DNA from: an uncultured Gammaproteobacteria bacterium
GTDB lineage: Bacteria > Pseudomonadota > Gammaproteobacteria > HK1
NCBI GenBank assembly: GCA_965365655.1
Contig: CBDUCN010000001.1
Span: forward strand, 1 to 59,985
DNA length: 59,985 bases
Direction: 5' to 3'
Shown: piece after piece, positions 9,508 to 18,234 of the stretch
How positions within the stretch are numbered: the stretch's first letter is position 1
Layout of the letters: the number at the start of each line of letters is the position of its first letter
Program-made: the position numbers and the translations under genes
Notes under the pieces: generated by a model
What the model was told of the DNA's origin: nothing
What the model saw: the letters and a program-made list of their open reading frames with translations, nothing else
Database searches by the model: none

Positions 9508-9998
9508 GCGCCGCCGGCCCGCGCGTCGTGATCAGCCTGCCGGAGCAGCGGCTTCAGCTGCTGGCGCCCGGCGGCGACGTGGTGTGGGAGGTGGCGGTGT
9601 CGTGCGCGGCCAACGGGCCCGGGGAGCGCATGCACAGCGGCTGCACGCCCCGCGGCCGGCATCTCATCCGCGCGCTCATCGGCGCCGACGCGCCGGTGAA
9701 CACGGTGTTCGTGGGCCGGCGTCCGACCGGCGAGCGCTACAGCCCCGCGCTGCGCGAGCGTTACCCGCAGCGCGACTGGATCCTCACGCGCATCCTGTGG
9801 CTGTCCGGCCTCGAGCCGGGCCGCAACCGGCTCGGCGACGTGGACACCATGCGCCGCTTCATCTACATCCACGGCGCACCGGACGAGGTGCCGATGGGCG
9901 TGCCGGGCAGCCACGGCTGCGTGCGCATGCGCAACGCGGACGTGATCGCGCTGTTCGACCGCGTGCGCGCCGGCACCCGGGTGCTGATCGAAGGCTGA
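9504..9998 (+). CDS. L,D-transpeptidase (YkuD domain) protein
   Basis: C-terminal catalytic motif YIHGAPDEVPMGVPGSHGCVRMRNADV. Start set to GTG 9504, which forms a GTGA overlap with the SBP stop. The track ORF begins at 9381 inside the SBP gene. Confidence 0.8.
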   Translation: MSAAGPRVVISLPEQRLQLLAPGGDVVWEVAVSCAANGPGERMHSGCTPRGRHLIRALIGADAPVNTVFVGRRPTGERYSPALRERYPQRDWILTRILWLSGLEPGRNRLGDVDTMRRFIYIHGAPDEVPMGVPGSHGCVRMRNADVIALFDRVRAGTRVLIEG

Positions 9999-10058
9999 CG
10001 CCCGGCGTCCGGCGGCGACGCGGCCCGCGGGGTTCCATCGCGGGCGCGCGCGCCGCCG

Positions 10059-10078
10059 CGGCCGTCCGTGGACGGCCG
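10059..10078. terminator. GC-rich hairpin between convergent genes (possible bidirectional terminator, no U-tract)
   Basis: GGCCGTCC-GT-GGACGGCC inverted repeat at 10060-10077, between the L,D-transpeptidase stop (9998) and the crotonase stop (10119). Confidence 0.3.
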
Positions 10079-10118
10079 GCGCGGCGCCGGGCGGGCGGCC
10101 TCGTGCACGGCCGCCGGC

Positions 10119-11093
10119 TCACGCCTTCTTCAGGAGCTCCGCCGGCGCGCGCTCGAGCTCGATCTTCATCGCCATCCGCTGCTGGGCGCGCACGAGGTAG
10201 TCGATGGTCGCCAGGTCGCGCTCGCCGAGGCCCAGCGCCGTCTCCACCCACACCTCCGCCATGCGCTGCAGCGCGCTCCGGTCGAGCGGGGTCGCCGCGT
10301 CGACGGCGCGCCGGAACGCGGCGCGAGCGTGGTGCTGGCGGTCGTGGCTGCGGATCCAGCGCGCCACCGCGATCTCGCCTTCGCCTTCTTCGGCCAGCAC
10401 GTCCACCACGCCCAGCGCGTGCAGCTCTTCCGCGCGGTAGGTGCGCCCGCCGAGGATGATGCGCTCCGCCTCGGCCGGGCCGACGCGCCGGCTCAGGAAC
10501 TGCCACGCGCCCATCCCGGGGAACATGTTGAACAGCACCTCCGGCAGGCCCATCTTGCTGCCGCGCTCGGCGACCAGCACGTGCGCCGAGAGCGCCGCCT
10601 CGAAGCCGCCGCCGAGGGCCTGGCCGCGCACCAGCGCGATGGTGGTCACCGTGTGGCCGTAGCCCGTCGCGTTGGCGTGCACGAGGTCCACCGCGTCCAT
10701 CGCGTAGCGGCGCAGCGTGGTCGCGTCCTGGCGGTCGATGCAGTCACGGAACAGCGCGAGGTCGCCACCGAGGCTGAATACGCCGGGCACGTCGGACGCG
10801 AGCACCTGGTAGCGCGGCGCCCGTTCGCCGTGCCGCTCGCTCAGGTACGCGGCGATGCGATCCTGCAGGCCGCGCAGCTCGCCGAGCAGGTCCGGCGTGA
10901 AGCGGGCAGGGCACTCCGGGCGCAGGCGCACCCACAGCGTGCCCGGGTCCTGATCCACGGCCACCTCGCAGTGCTCCGTGGAGCGCGGTGCGGCCGCGGC
11001 GGGCGGGCGGCGGTGTCGGGGCGCGGCCTCGACGAGCCGTGGTATCGCGCCGGTGGATGGCTCATGAGATGAAAAGTCGCTGGAAACGTGCAT
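10119..11093 (-). CDS. Crotonase-superfamily protein resembling DSF-family signal synthases (RpfF / Bcam0581-like)
   Basis: 324 aa with YQVLASDVPGVFSLGGDLALF, ALGGGFEAALS, GLPEVLFNMFPGMGAWQFL and IDYLVRAQQR. From memory these match RpfF-type enzymes rather than ordinary FadB-type hydratases, and both crotonase catalytic Glu positions are present. Strong RBS (GGGAGGGG) 5-7 nt before ATG 11093. Confidence 0.7.
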   Translation of the reverse strand: MHVSSDFSSHEPSTGAIPRLVEAAPRHRRPPAAAAPRSTEHCEVAVDQDPGTLWVRLRPECPARFTPDLLGELRGLQDRIAAYLSERHGERAPRYQVLASDVPGVFSLGGDLALFRDCIDRQDATTLRRYAMDAVDLVHANATGYGHTVTTIALVRGQALGGGFEAALSAHVLVAERGSKMGLPEVLFNMFPGMGAWQFLSRRVGPAEAERIILGGRTYRAEELHALGVVDVLAEEGEGEIAVARWIRSHDRQHHARAAFRRAVDAATPLDRSALQRMAEVWVETALGLGERDLATIDYLVRAQQRMAMKIELERAPAELLKKA

Positions 11094-11247
11094 GGAACCC
11101 CTCCCAGAGGCTTGTTGTCAGCCCCTTTCTTGATTGCTGAGTCGCGTGATTCGCGGCCGTTCGCGACACGGCCTGTTACCAGCATATGAGGGGGTTGCCC
11201 GTGTACCAAGAAACTTCTTCTTTGTGTCGTGAAGCGTTGTCGTGCGC

Positions 11248-11277
11248 CTGTAAAGAACTGTAAAGAAGTGTAACCAA
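11248..11277 (+). promoter_or_regulatory. Three 10-bp-phased direct repeats (CTGTAAAGAA CTGTAAAGAA GTGTAACCAA), candidate OmpR/PhoB-type response-regulator box
   Basis: Read directly in the divergent intergenic region between the crotonase gene (ATG 11093) and the ACP gene (ATG 11457). A near-identical box occurs at 19614-19633. Confidence 0.45.
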
Positions 11278-11302
11278 GCACCTGGATCGGCGACCGCGGG
11301 CG

Positions 11303-11331
11303 TTGTCTGCGCGTGGCCGGGGCCCTACATT
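11303..11331 (+). promoter_or_regulatory. Candidate sigma70 promoter of the ACP-KS-exporter operon
   Basis: TTGTCT-17 nt-TACATT (11303-11308 and 11326-11331), just downstream of the direct-repeat box and about 125 nt upstream of the ACP ATG. Hexamers are weak. Confidence 0.25.
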
Positions 11332-11456
11332 CCCAAACACTGGAACGTTCACCCGCAACGTGATCGGGCCTGACCGGACGGCAGGTGCGGAGGTCCGGAC
11401 GGGAAGACGTCCCCGGCCGTGGGTATCGGCTGTCGTCAGCCTGGAGGTAACGAACC

Positions 11457-11726
11457 ATGTCAGCTGTGATGCGCAACGACAGCGTCGAGAGCCGGGTCCT
11501 GAGGGTGGTCACGGAGGTGCTCGCGCTCGACGAGGAGCCGCGCGACCTCGACCTGTCCATCACCCGCGAGCTGGCGCTGGACTCGCTGGACCAGCTGTCG
11601 CTGTTCATGGCCCTGGAGGACGAGTTCGGCGCGCGCATCCGCGAGGAAGACGCGGAGCGCATCGCGACGCTGCGTGACGTCGTCGAGTACATCCGAACCA
11701 GGATGAGGCTCGCCGCCGCCGAATGA
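11457..11726 (+). CDS. Acyl carrier protein (stand-alone)
   Basis: 89 aa, acidic, with the phosphopantetheine-attachment motif LALDSLDQLSLFMALEDEFG. GGAGG RBS lies about 10 nt upstream. Confidence 0.85.
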   Translation: MSAVMRNDSVESRVLRVVTEVLALDEEPRDLDLSITRELALDSLDQLSLFMALEDEFGARIREEDAERIATLRDVVEYIRTRMRLAAAE

Positions 11727-13096
11727 CGCGGCGGGTGGTCGTCACCGGCCTCGGAGTCATCAGCAGCTTCGGTGACGACCCAGAGGGGTTCTGGCGCGAC
11801 TGCCTCGCGGGGCGCGGCGTCGCGGAACCGATCCCGGACGCGTGGCGGGACTACGCGACGCTGCGCTCCTCGCTGTGGGCGCCGATCACGCTCCCCGATT
11901 TCTCCACCGGCTTCTCGCGCGTCGAGCGCTCGCAGCACGATCCGGTGACGCTGATGGCCTGCGCGAGCGCCGCACAGGCGCTCGAGGGCGCCGGCATCGA
12001 GAGCCGGGTGGTGGACCGCCGCAGCAACGCCCGCGCGCTGGACGGGGTGTCGTCCGAGCGCTGCGCGGTGTTCGTCGGGACCGGGGTCGGCGGCGCGCAC
12101 AGCTTCATGCAGAACCACGCGTACCACGTCCTCGCGCATGCCCGGGAGCGGCTGCAGGGACTGCGTGGGCAGGCGCGTGACCCGGCGCTGGTCGAGGGCA
12201 TGGACGCGCTGCTGGCGAGCATGGAGCACGCGCCGCGCTTCAATCCGTTCGTGGTCTCGATGCTGATGCCCAACGCGCCCTCGGCCTACCTCGGCATCAA
12301 GTACGGGCTGCGAGGGCCGAACGCGGCCTGCGTGCAGGCCTGCGCGTCCGGCACGGTGGCGGTGGGCCGCGCGTGGCAGGCCATCGCCGAGGGGCATGCG
12401 GACTGCGCGCTCGCGGGCGGCACCGAATACCTGGACGACCCGCGGGGCAGCATCTTCCTCGGCTTCGACATCTGCAGGGCCCTCGTGCGCGACTGCGATC
12501 CGCCCGAGACGGCCAACCGTCCGTTCGATGCCGCCCGCTCGGGCTTCCTGTTCGCGCAGGGCGGCGCCGCGATGCTGATGCTGGAGAGCGCAGAGCACGC
12601 GGCGGCCCGCGGCGCGCGCACACTGGCCGAGGTGGTGGCCTTCGCCGAGAGCTTCGACGCGCACAGCATGATGAGCCCGGAGCCGCACGGGCGGGCCATG
12701 GAGGCGATGCTGCGCGATCTGCTCGTGCGCGGCGGGATCGGCCCCGGTGACGTGGACTACGTGAACGCTCACGGCACCGGGACGCACAGCAACGACGCCT
12801 GCGAGGCGGCCGTGATCGAGCGTGTGTTCGGCTCGCGGGTCGCGGTGAACTCGACGAAGTCGCTGCTCGGCCACACCATCGGCGCGAGCGGCGCCATCGA
12901 GGCGGCGGTCACGGCGCTCAGCCTGCGGGACCAGCGGCTGCACCCGAGCCGCAACCTGAGCGAGCCCATCGCGGACCTCGACTTCGTGACCCACGCGCAG
13001 GCGCGCGACCTGCGCTTTGCCGTCAGTCAGTCCTTTGCGTTCGGCGGACACAATGCAGCCCTCCTCATGGCGCGCGCCGACGTCGCCGGGGGCTGA
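11723..13096 (+). CDS. Beta-ketoacyl-ACP synthase (KAS I/II, FabF/FabB-like elongating type)
   Basis: 457 aa with RRVVVTGLGVISSFG, active-site Cys in VQACASGTVAVG, and His residues in VNAHGTGT and LLGHTIGASG. ATGA overlap with the ACP stop. Confidence 0.9.
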   Translation: MTRRVVVTGLGVISSFGDDPEGFWRDCLAGRGVAEPIPDAWRDYATLRSSLWAPITLPDFSTGFSRVERSQHDPVTLMACASAAQALEGAGIESRVVDRRSNARALDGVSSERCAVFVGTGVGGAHSFMQNHAYHVLAHARERLQGLRGQARDPALVEGMDALLASMEHAPRFNPFVVSMLMPNAPSAYLGIKYGLRGPNAACVQACASGTVAVGRAWQAIAEGHADCALAGGTEYLDDPRGSIFLGFDICRALVRDCDPPETANRPFDAARSGFLFAQGGAAMLMLESAEHAAARGARTLAEVVAFAESFDAHSMMSPEPHGRAMEAMLRDLLVRGGIGPGDVDYVNAHGTGTHSNDACEAAVIERVFGSRVAVNSTKSLLGHTIGASGAIEAAVTALSLRDQRLHPSRNLSEPIADLDFVTHAQARDLRFAVSQSFAFGGHNAALLMARADVAGG

Positions 13097-15428
13097 GGGC
13101 GCGAGCGGGTCCGGCAGCCCGCCGCAGCCCGCCCCCGCCGAGCCGCCGCACTCGCCCGTGGCCGATGCCTGGCTGGCGTTCCTGGAGCGCCGGCGTGCGC
13201 TCGTGCTGGCGTTGATCGCGCTGGTGCTGCTCGCGGCCGCCGGCGGCGTGCCGCGGCTGCAGGTTGCCGGCAACTACGAGGTCTACTTCGACGAGACCAA
13301 CCCCCGGCTCGAAGCGCTGAACGCGCTGCACGCACGCTTCTCGCGCAACGACAACGTGCTGTTCGCGCTGGTGCCGGAGGGCGGCAACGCGTTCTCGCCG
13401 GCGACGCTGGCCGCTGCCGCGACGCTGACCGCGCAGGCCTGGCACCTGCCCTACGCGGCGCGGGTGGACTCGGTCACGAACTACCAGCACATCACCTCCA
13501 CCGAGGACGGGATTGCGATCGGCGACCTGGTGCCCGACCCCGCCGCGCTTGACGAGGAGACGGCAGCGCAGGTGCGCGCCACGGCGCTCCACCAGCCGGC
13601 GCTGGTGCGTCGGCTGGTGGCCCCGTCGGGGCAGGTGATCGGCGTGAACGTGCGCCTGGCGCTGGGCGACGACTCCCGTTCGGAGGTGCTCGAGGCCGCG
13701 GCGGCGGCGCGCGAGCTGGCGGCGAGCATCGAGGGCGAGCACCCGGGCCTGCGGGTGCTGCTCACCGGCAACGCGATGCTCAACGCCGCATTCTCCGAGG
13801 CCAGCATTCGCGATCTCACGCACCTGACGCCGTTCATGTACCTCGCCATCGGGCTCGGGCTGTGGCTGCTGCTGCGCAGCGCCGGCGCGGCGCTGCAGGC
13901 GATGACGGTGGTGGCGCTCGCGTCGCTGTTCGCGATGGGCATGGCGGGCTGGCTGGGACTGCCGGTGAGCTCGGGGTCGGTGGTCGCGCCCACCATCGTC
14001 ACCACCGTGGCCGTCGCGGACTGCATCCACCTGCTGGCGAGCTTCCTGGGGCCGCGCTCGCGCGGCGTCCCGACCCGGGAATGCGTGAGGCAGTCGCTGG
14101 GGCTGAACCTGCGTCCCGTCGCGATCACCAGCCTGACCACCGCGGTGGGTTTCCTCAGCCTCAACTTCAGCGACGCCCCGCCGTTCCGGGACCTGGGCAA
14201 CATCACCGCGCTCGGGGTCGCGGCCGCCTTCGCGATGAGCGTGGCGCTGCTGCCGATCATGATGCTGGTCCTGCCGCCGCGGCCCGGACGGCCCCCGCGG
14301 CTGCGGCTGGACGCGCTGGGCGCGAGCATCATCGCCCGCCGCCGGATGGCCTTCGCGGCGGTGCTGGTCGTCACCGCGGCAGGCGCCGCGCTGCTGCCGC
14401 GCATGCAGCTCAACGACGCTTTCGTCGAGTACTTCGACGAGAGCCTGTCGTTTCGCCGCGACACCGATCTCGTGATGGCGACTCTGACCGGGATCTACCA
14501 GGTGGACTACGTCCTCGAGGCCGGCGCGGCGCACGGCGTGAACGCGCCTGAGTACCTCGAGGGCGTGCGACGCTTCGCGGCCTGGTTGCGGATGCAGCCG
14601 GAGGTGATGCACGTCGCCGACATCACCGAGGTGCTCACCCGGCTCAACGGCCACCTCGCCGGGGAGCGCGACGCACTCCCGTCCAGCCGCGATCAGGCCG
14701 CGCAGTATCTGCTGCTCTACGAGATGTCGGTGCCCTACGGGCTGGACCTCAACGACCGCCTGGACGTGGAGCGCGAGGCGAGCCGGGTCACGGTGACCCT
14801 GCGCAACCTCGACAACGCGAGCCTGCAGGCCTTCGAGGCGCGCGCCGCGGCCTGGATGGAAGCGAACCTGGCGCCGCAGCTGCACGCGCCGGCCGTCGGT
14901 GCGTCGGTGATGTTCGCCTACATCGCCGAGCGCAACATCCGCGCGATGCTGCGCGGCGCGGCGCTCGCGGTGGTCGTGATCGCGGCGCTGCTCGCGGTCG
15001 TCCTGCGCAGCGTGCGCCTGGGGTTGCTGAGCCTGCTTCCGAACCTGGTTCCGGCCGTGATCGCGTTCGGCGTCTGGGCGCTGACGGTCGGACAGATGGG
15101 CGTGGCCCTCGCGGTGGTCGCCGCGATGTCGCTGGGCGTGGTCGTGGACGACACCGTGCACTTCACGAGCAGCTTCCTGGCCGCACGTCGGCGCCTGCGG
15201 CTCGGCCCCGACGCTGCGGTGGCGCACGCTTTCGCACGCACCGGTACCGCGCTCGCGTCCACCTCGCTGGTGCTGGTCCTGGGCTTTGGCGTGCTGTCCA
15301 TGTCCGCGTTCGAGGTCAACCACGGCATGGGGCAGCTGTCGGCGCTGGTGATCGCCTGCGCCCTGGTGGCCGACCTGCTCATGCTGCCGCAGCTCCTGGC
15401 GTTCGCCGCGCGGCGCGGCTGGTGCTGA
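13053..15428 (+). CDS. RND-superfamily exporter of the MMPL/HpnN-like (COG1033) type
   Basis: Two 6-TM bundles, each preceded by a large soluble loop (TPFMYLAIGLGLWLLLRS..., GVVVDDTVHF...). The start is uncertain: TTG 13017 (track), ATG 13053, or GTG 13158 (VADAWLAFLERRRALVLAL). Confidence 0.8.
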   Translation: MQPSSWRAPTSPGAEGASGSGSPPQPAPAEPPHSPVADAWLAFLERRRALVLALIALVLLAAAGGVPRLQVAGNYEVYFDETNPRLEALNALHARFSRNDNVLFALVPEGGNAFSPATLAAAATLTAQAWHLPYAARVDSVTNYQHITSTEDGIAIGDLVPDPAALDEETAAQVRATALHQPALVRRLVAPSGQVIGVNVRLALGDDSRSEVLEAAAAARELAASIEGEHPGLRVLLTGNAMLNAAFSEASIRDLTHLTPFMYLAIGLGLWLLLRSAGAALQAMTVVALASLFAMGMAGWLGLPVSSGSVVAPTIVTTVAVADCIHLLASFLGPRSRGVPTRECVRQSLGLNLRPVAITSLTTAVGFLSLNFSDAPPFRDLGNITALGVAAAFAMSVALLPIMMLVLPPRPGRPPRLRLDALGASIIARRRMAFAAVLVVTAAGAALLPRMQLNDAFVEYFDESLSFRRDTDLVMATLTGIYQVDYVLEAGAAHGVNAPEYLEGVRRFAAWLRMQPEVMHVADITEVLTRLNGHLAGERDALPSSRDQAAQYLLLYEMSVPYGLDLNDRLDVEREASRVTVTLRNLDNASLQAFEARAAAWMEANLAPQLHAPAVGASVMFAYIAERNIRAMLRGAALAVVVIAALLAVVLRSVRLGLLSLLPNLVPAVIAFGVWALTVGQMGVALAVVAAMSLGVVVDDTVHFTSSFLAARRRLRLGPDAAVAHAFARTGTALASTSLVLVLGFGVLSMSAFEVNHGMGQLSALVIACALVADLLMLPQLLAFAARRGWC

Positions 15429-15516
15429 CGGCCGCGGAACAGGCGACAGCGGGTGCGGCGCGGCGTCCCGCGCCGGTCCCGGTGCGTAGCGTCGCCTGGA
15501 TTCAGACCGTCTGGTT

Positions 15517-18153
15517 TCAGGCCTTGCGCCGCAGGTAGCTCACGAGCTCGCGGCGGGTGCCGTCGAATGCCTCGCGCAGCTCGTCCAGCGCGGCGCGCAC
15601 GGCCGGCTCGTCGCGTTGCGCGAGCGCCTGGTCCAGCGCCTCGGTGCCGTGCTCCACGGCCAGAGCGCCCACCGTGCGCGCGGCGCCGCGCAGCTCGTGG
15701 GCGTGCTCTCCCGCCGCGCTCCAGCCCTGGCGGTCGCGATCGGCGTCCAGGCTCGCGAGCAGCCGCTCGCCGTCGGCCACGAACTGGTCCAGAACCTCCT
15801 GCAGGAAGCCACCGCCGCCGTCCAGTCGAGACAGCCCCGCCAGCTTGTCGCGGTCGATGCTGGTGCCGGTCCACTGCCCGGCGGGCCCGGGGCGCGGTGC
15901 GCACGTCGCCGCCGCCGGTGCGCATGTCAGCGCGCTCGCGCCGGGGCGCGCCCTGGCGCCCGGAGCGGCCTGCCGGCCCGTGACCTGATCGAGGGTGTCG
16001 AGCAGGCGCCGCGGCTCCAGCGGCTTGGTCAGGTATGCATCGAAGCCTGCGTGGCGCGCAATGGACAGGGCGTCGGTGGTCGCGTTCGCCGTGAGCATGA
16101 TGAACGGGATGTAGCGCCGGTCCGCGTTCGCGATGCGGAACAGCTTCAGGGTGTCCACCCCGCCCAGCTCGGGCATCTGCATGTCCAGGATGCAGGCGTC
16201 GTAGTCGTGGCTGTCGAGGCACTCGAGCGCCTCGCGGCCGTCCTCGGTCAGCGTGACCCGGTGACCGGCCTGCTCCAGCACCCGGCTGATCACCTTGCGG
16301 TTCACCGGGTTGTCCTCCGCGACCAGCAGATCCAGGCTGCCGCCGCGCGGGGCCGGCTCGGCGTCGTCGGCGCGTGCCGGAGCCTCGGTGGCGGCCACCG
16401 CGCCGATGCGCTCGGCCGCCGGCTCGTAACCGGCGCTCGCGGCATGCACCGCGTTGAACAGGTACGCGTCGTCGATGGGGCGGTGCAGGATCGACGTGTA
16501 GCCGGCGCCCACCAGGGTCTCGGCGTCCGCGGTCTGCTCGCCGTCGGCAATCAGCACCAGCGGCAGGTCGGCCAGCGACGGCTCGCGATGCGCGGTGGCC
16601 GCGAAGCGCGCCGGATCGACGCTGAGCGCCTGCTGGTCGATCACCGCGACCTGGCAGCCGCGGTCGCCGCGGGCCCCGTCGACGAGACTCGCGAGCGCCT
16701 GCGCGTCGCTGCTCGCCACCGTGACCTTGTCCGCCCAGTGGCCGAGGCTGCGCCGCAGCCGGGTCGCGTCCAGCTCGGAGTTGCTGAGCAGCAGCACGTG
16801 GCCGATGCGGTTCCCGCCCGGCACGCCCGGCGCGTCGTCCGCCACCTCCGCCTGGCGCGCGAAGGACAGCGTGAACCAGAACCGGCTGCCCTGTCCGGGC
16901 GCGCTCTGCAGCCCGATTCGCCCGCCCATCAGCTCGACGAGCTGCTTCGCGATGGAGGTGCCGAGGCCGGTGCCGCCGTAGCGTCGGGTCACGGACTCGT
17001 CGGCCTGCGTGAAGCTGTCGAAGATGCGCGCCTGCACGTCGGCCGGCATTCCGATTCCCGTGTCGATGACCTCGAAGCGGATCTCGACGCCGTCCTCGCT
17101 GCTGCCCATCAGCGTGAGCCGCAGCTCCACGCTTCCCTCGTGCGTGAACTTCAGCGCGTTGCCGATCAGGTTGATGAGCACCTGGCGCAGGTGCTGCGGA
17201 TCTCCGCGCAGGCGGAACGGCACCGCCGCGTCGATGTAAGTGTTGAGCTGCAGCCCCTTGGCGCGGGCCTGGGGCGCGAACATCTTGCTGGTCGACTTCA
17301 CCAGCATGTGCAGGTCGCAGTCCGCCTCCTCCACCAGGACCTTCCCGGCCTCGATCTTCGAGATGTCCAGGATGTCGTTGAGCAGCTCGAGCAGCGCGTT
17401 GGCCGACGCATGGATCGTCTGCACGAAATCGCGTTGCTCGCGGTCCAGCCGTGTCTGCACCAGCAGGTCGCTCATCCCGATCACGCCCGACAGCGGCGTG
17501 CGGATCTCGTGGCTCATGTTGGCGAGGAACGTGCTCTTCGCACGGCTCGCGTCCTCGGCGCGCTGGATGGCGTCGTTCAGGCGGCGGATGAGCGCCGCGA
17601 CGTACAGCGGCAGCACGATCAGGCCGACCAGCACGCCCACGCCCAGGTACGGGTTCGCGCGCCAGTACTCGCTCATCGCGAGGGTGATGCCGAAGCCGGT
17701 GGCGCTCGCGACCATGGCCAGGTGCAGGTAACGGGTGCCGTAGCGGAAGCCGTTGCCGAAGGTGACCCAGAGGTAGACGACGAACAGCGGCGCGCCCGGC
17801 GCGCCGGTGCATGCCATCGCGTAGGTCGTGAAGCCGATGTCCACCGCCATGCCCAGCAGCCGTCGCAGCACCGAGCGCCGGGGCCACGCCGCCACGGCGG
17901 CGAGGATCACCACCGAAGAGGAGAGGAAGGCGAGACCCACCACGCGGTGGGTCGCGGACATGGTGTCGGGAGAGCCGTGCGCGAACACCCCGCCGCCGTA
18001 CAGATACGCGAGCACCAGCAGACCGATGCACACGCGCACGATGGCCTGCTCCGGCTCCGTGTCGGGGCAGCGCTTCAGGCGGTCGCGCAGCTTCAGTCCC
18101 GTCCTGGCGACGGTGCGGCGCAGCGAGTTCGGAGGAAGCAGATCCAGCAACAC
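15517..18153 (-). CDS. Hybrid sensor histidine kinase: multi-TM input, HisKA, HATPase, degenerate receiver, REC, HPt (RpfC-like domain order)
   Basis: 878 aa from a GTG start preceded by a GGAG RBS. Contains several N-terminal TM helices, H-box [17 protein letters not shown]-box [13 protein letters not shown]-boxes DTGIGM and [25 protein letters not shown]...[11 protein letters not shown], and HPt [12 protein letters not shown]. Confidence 0.9.
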   Translation of the reverse strand: MLLDLLPPNSLRRTVARTGLKLRDRLKRCPDTEPEQAIVRVCIGLLVLAYLYGGGVFAHGSPDTMSATHRVVGLAFLSSSVVILAAVAAWPRRSVLRRLLGMAVDIGFTTYAMACTGAPGAPLFVVYLWVTFGNGFRYGTRYLHLAMVASATGFGITLAMSEYWRANPYLGVGVLVGLIVLPLYVAALIRRLNDAIQRAEDASRAKSTFLANMSHEIRTPLSGVIGMSDLLVQTRLDREQRDFVQTIHASANALLELLNDILDISKIEAGKVLVEEADCDLHMLVKSTSKMFAPQARAKGLQLNTYIDAAVPFRLRGDPQHLRQVLINLIGNALKFTHEGSVELRLTLMGSSEDGVEIRFEVIDTGIGMPADVQARIFDSFTQADESVTRRYGGTGLGTSIAKQLVELMGGRIGLQSAPGQGSRFWFTLSFARQAEVADDAPGVPGGNRIGHVLLLSNSELDATRLRRSLGHWADKVTVASSDAQALASLVDGARGDRGCQVAVIDQQALSVDPARFAATAHREPSLADLPLVLIADGEQTADAETLVGAGYTSILHRPIDDAYLFNAVHAASAGYEPAAERIGAVAATEAPARADDAEPAPRGGSLDLLVAEDNPVNRKVISRVLEQAGHRVTLTEDGREALECLDSHDYDACILDMQMPELGGVDTLKLFRIANADRRYIPFIMLTANATTDALSIARHAGFDAYLTKPLEPRRLLDTLDQVTGRQAAPGARARPGASALTCAPAAATCAPRPGPAGQWTGTSIDRDKLAGLSRLDGGGGFLQEVLDQFVADGERLLASLDADRDRQGWSAAGEHAHELRGAARTVGALAVEHGTEALDQALAQRDEPAVRAALDELREAFDGTRRELVSYLRRKA

Positions 18154-18234
18154 GGTCTCCCCGGAATCGCCTGCTGGCCCCGCGGGGGCCTTCGTCAGGG
18201 ATCGTAGCGGATCACGCCGGGCCGCGTGACGGCC

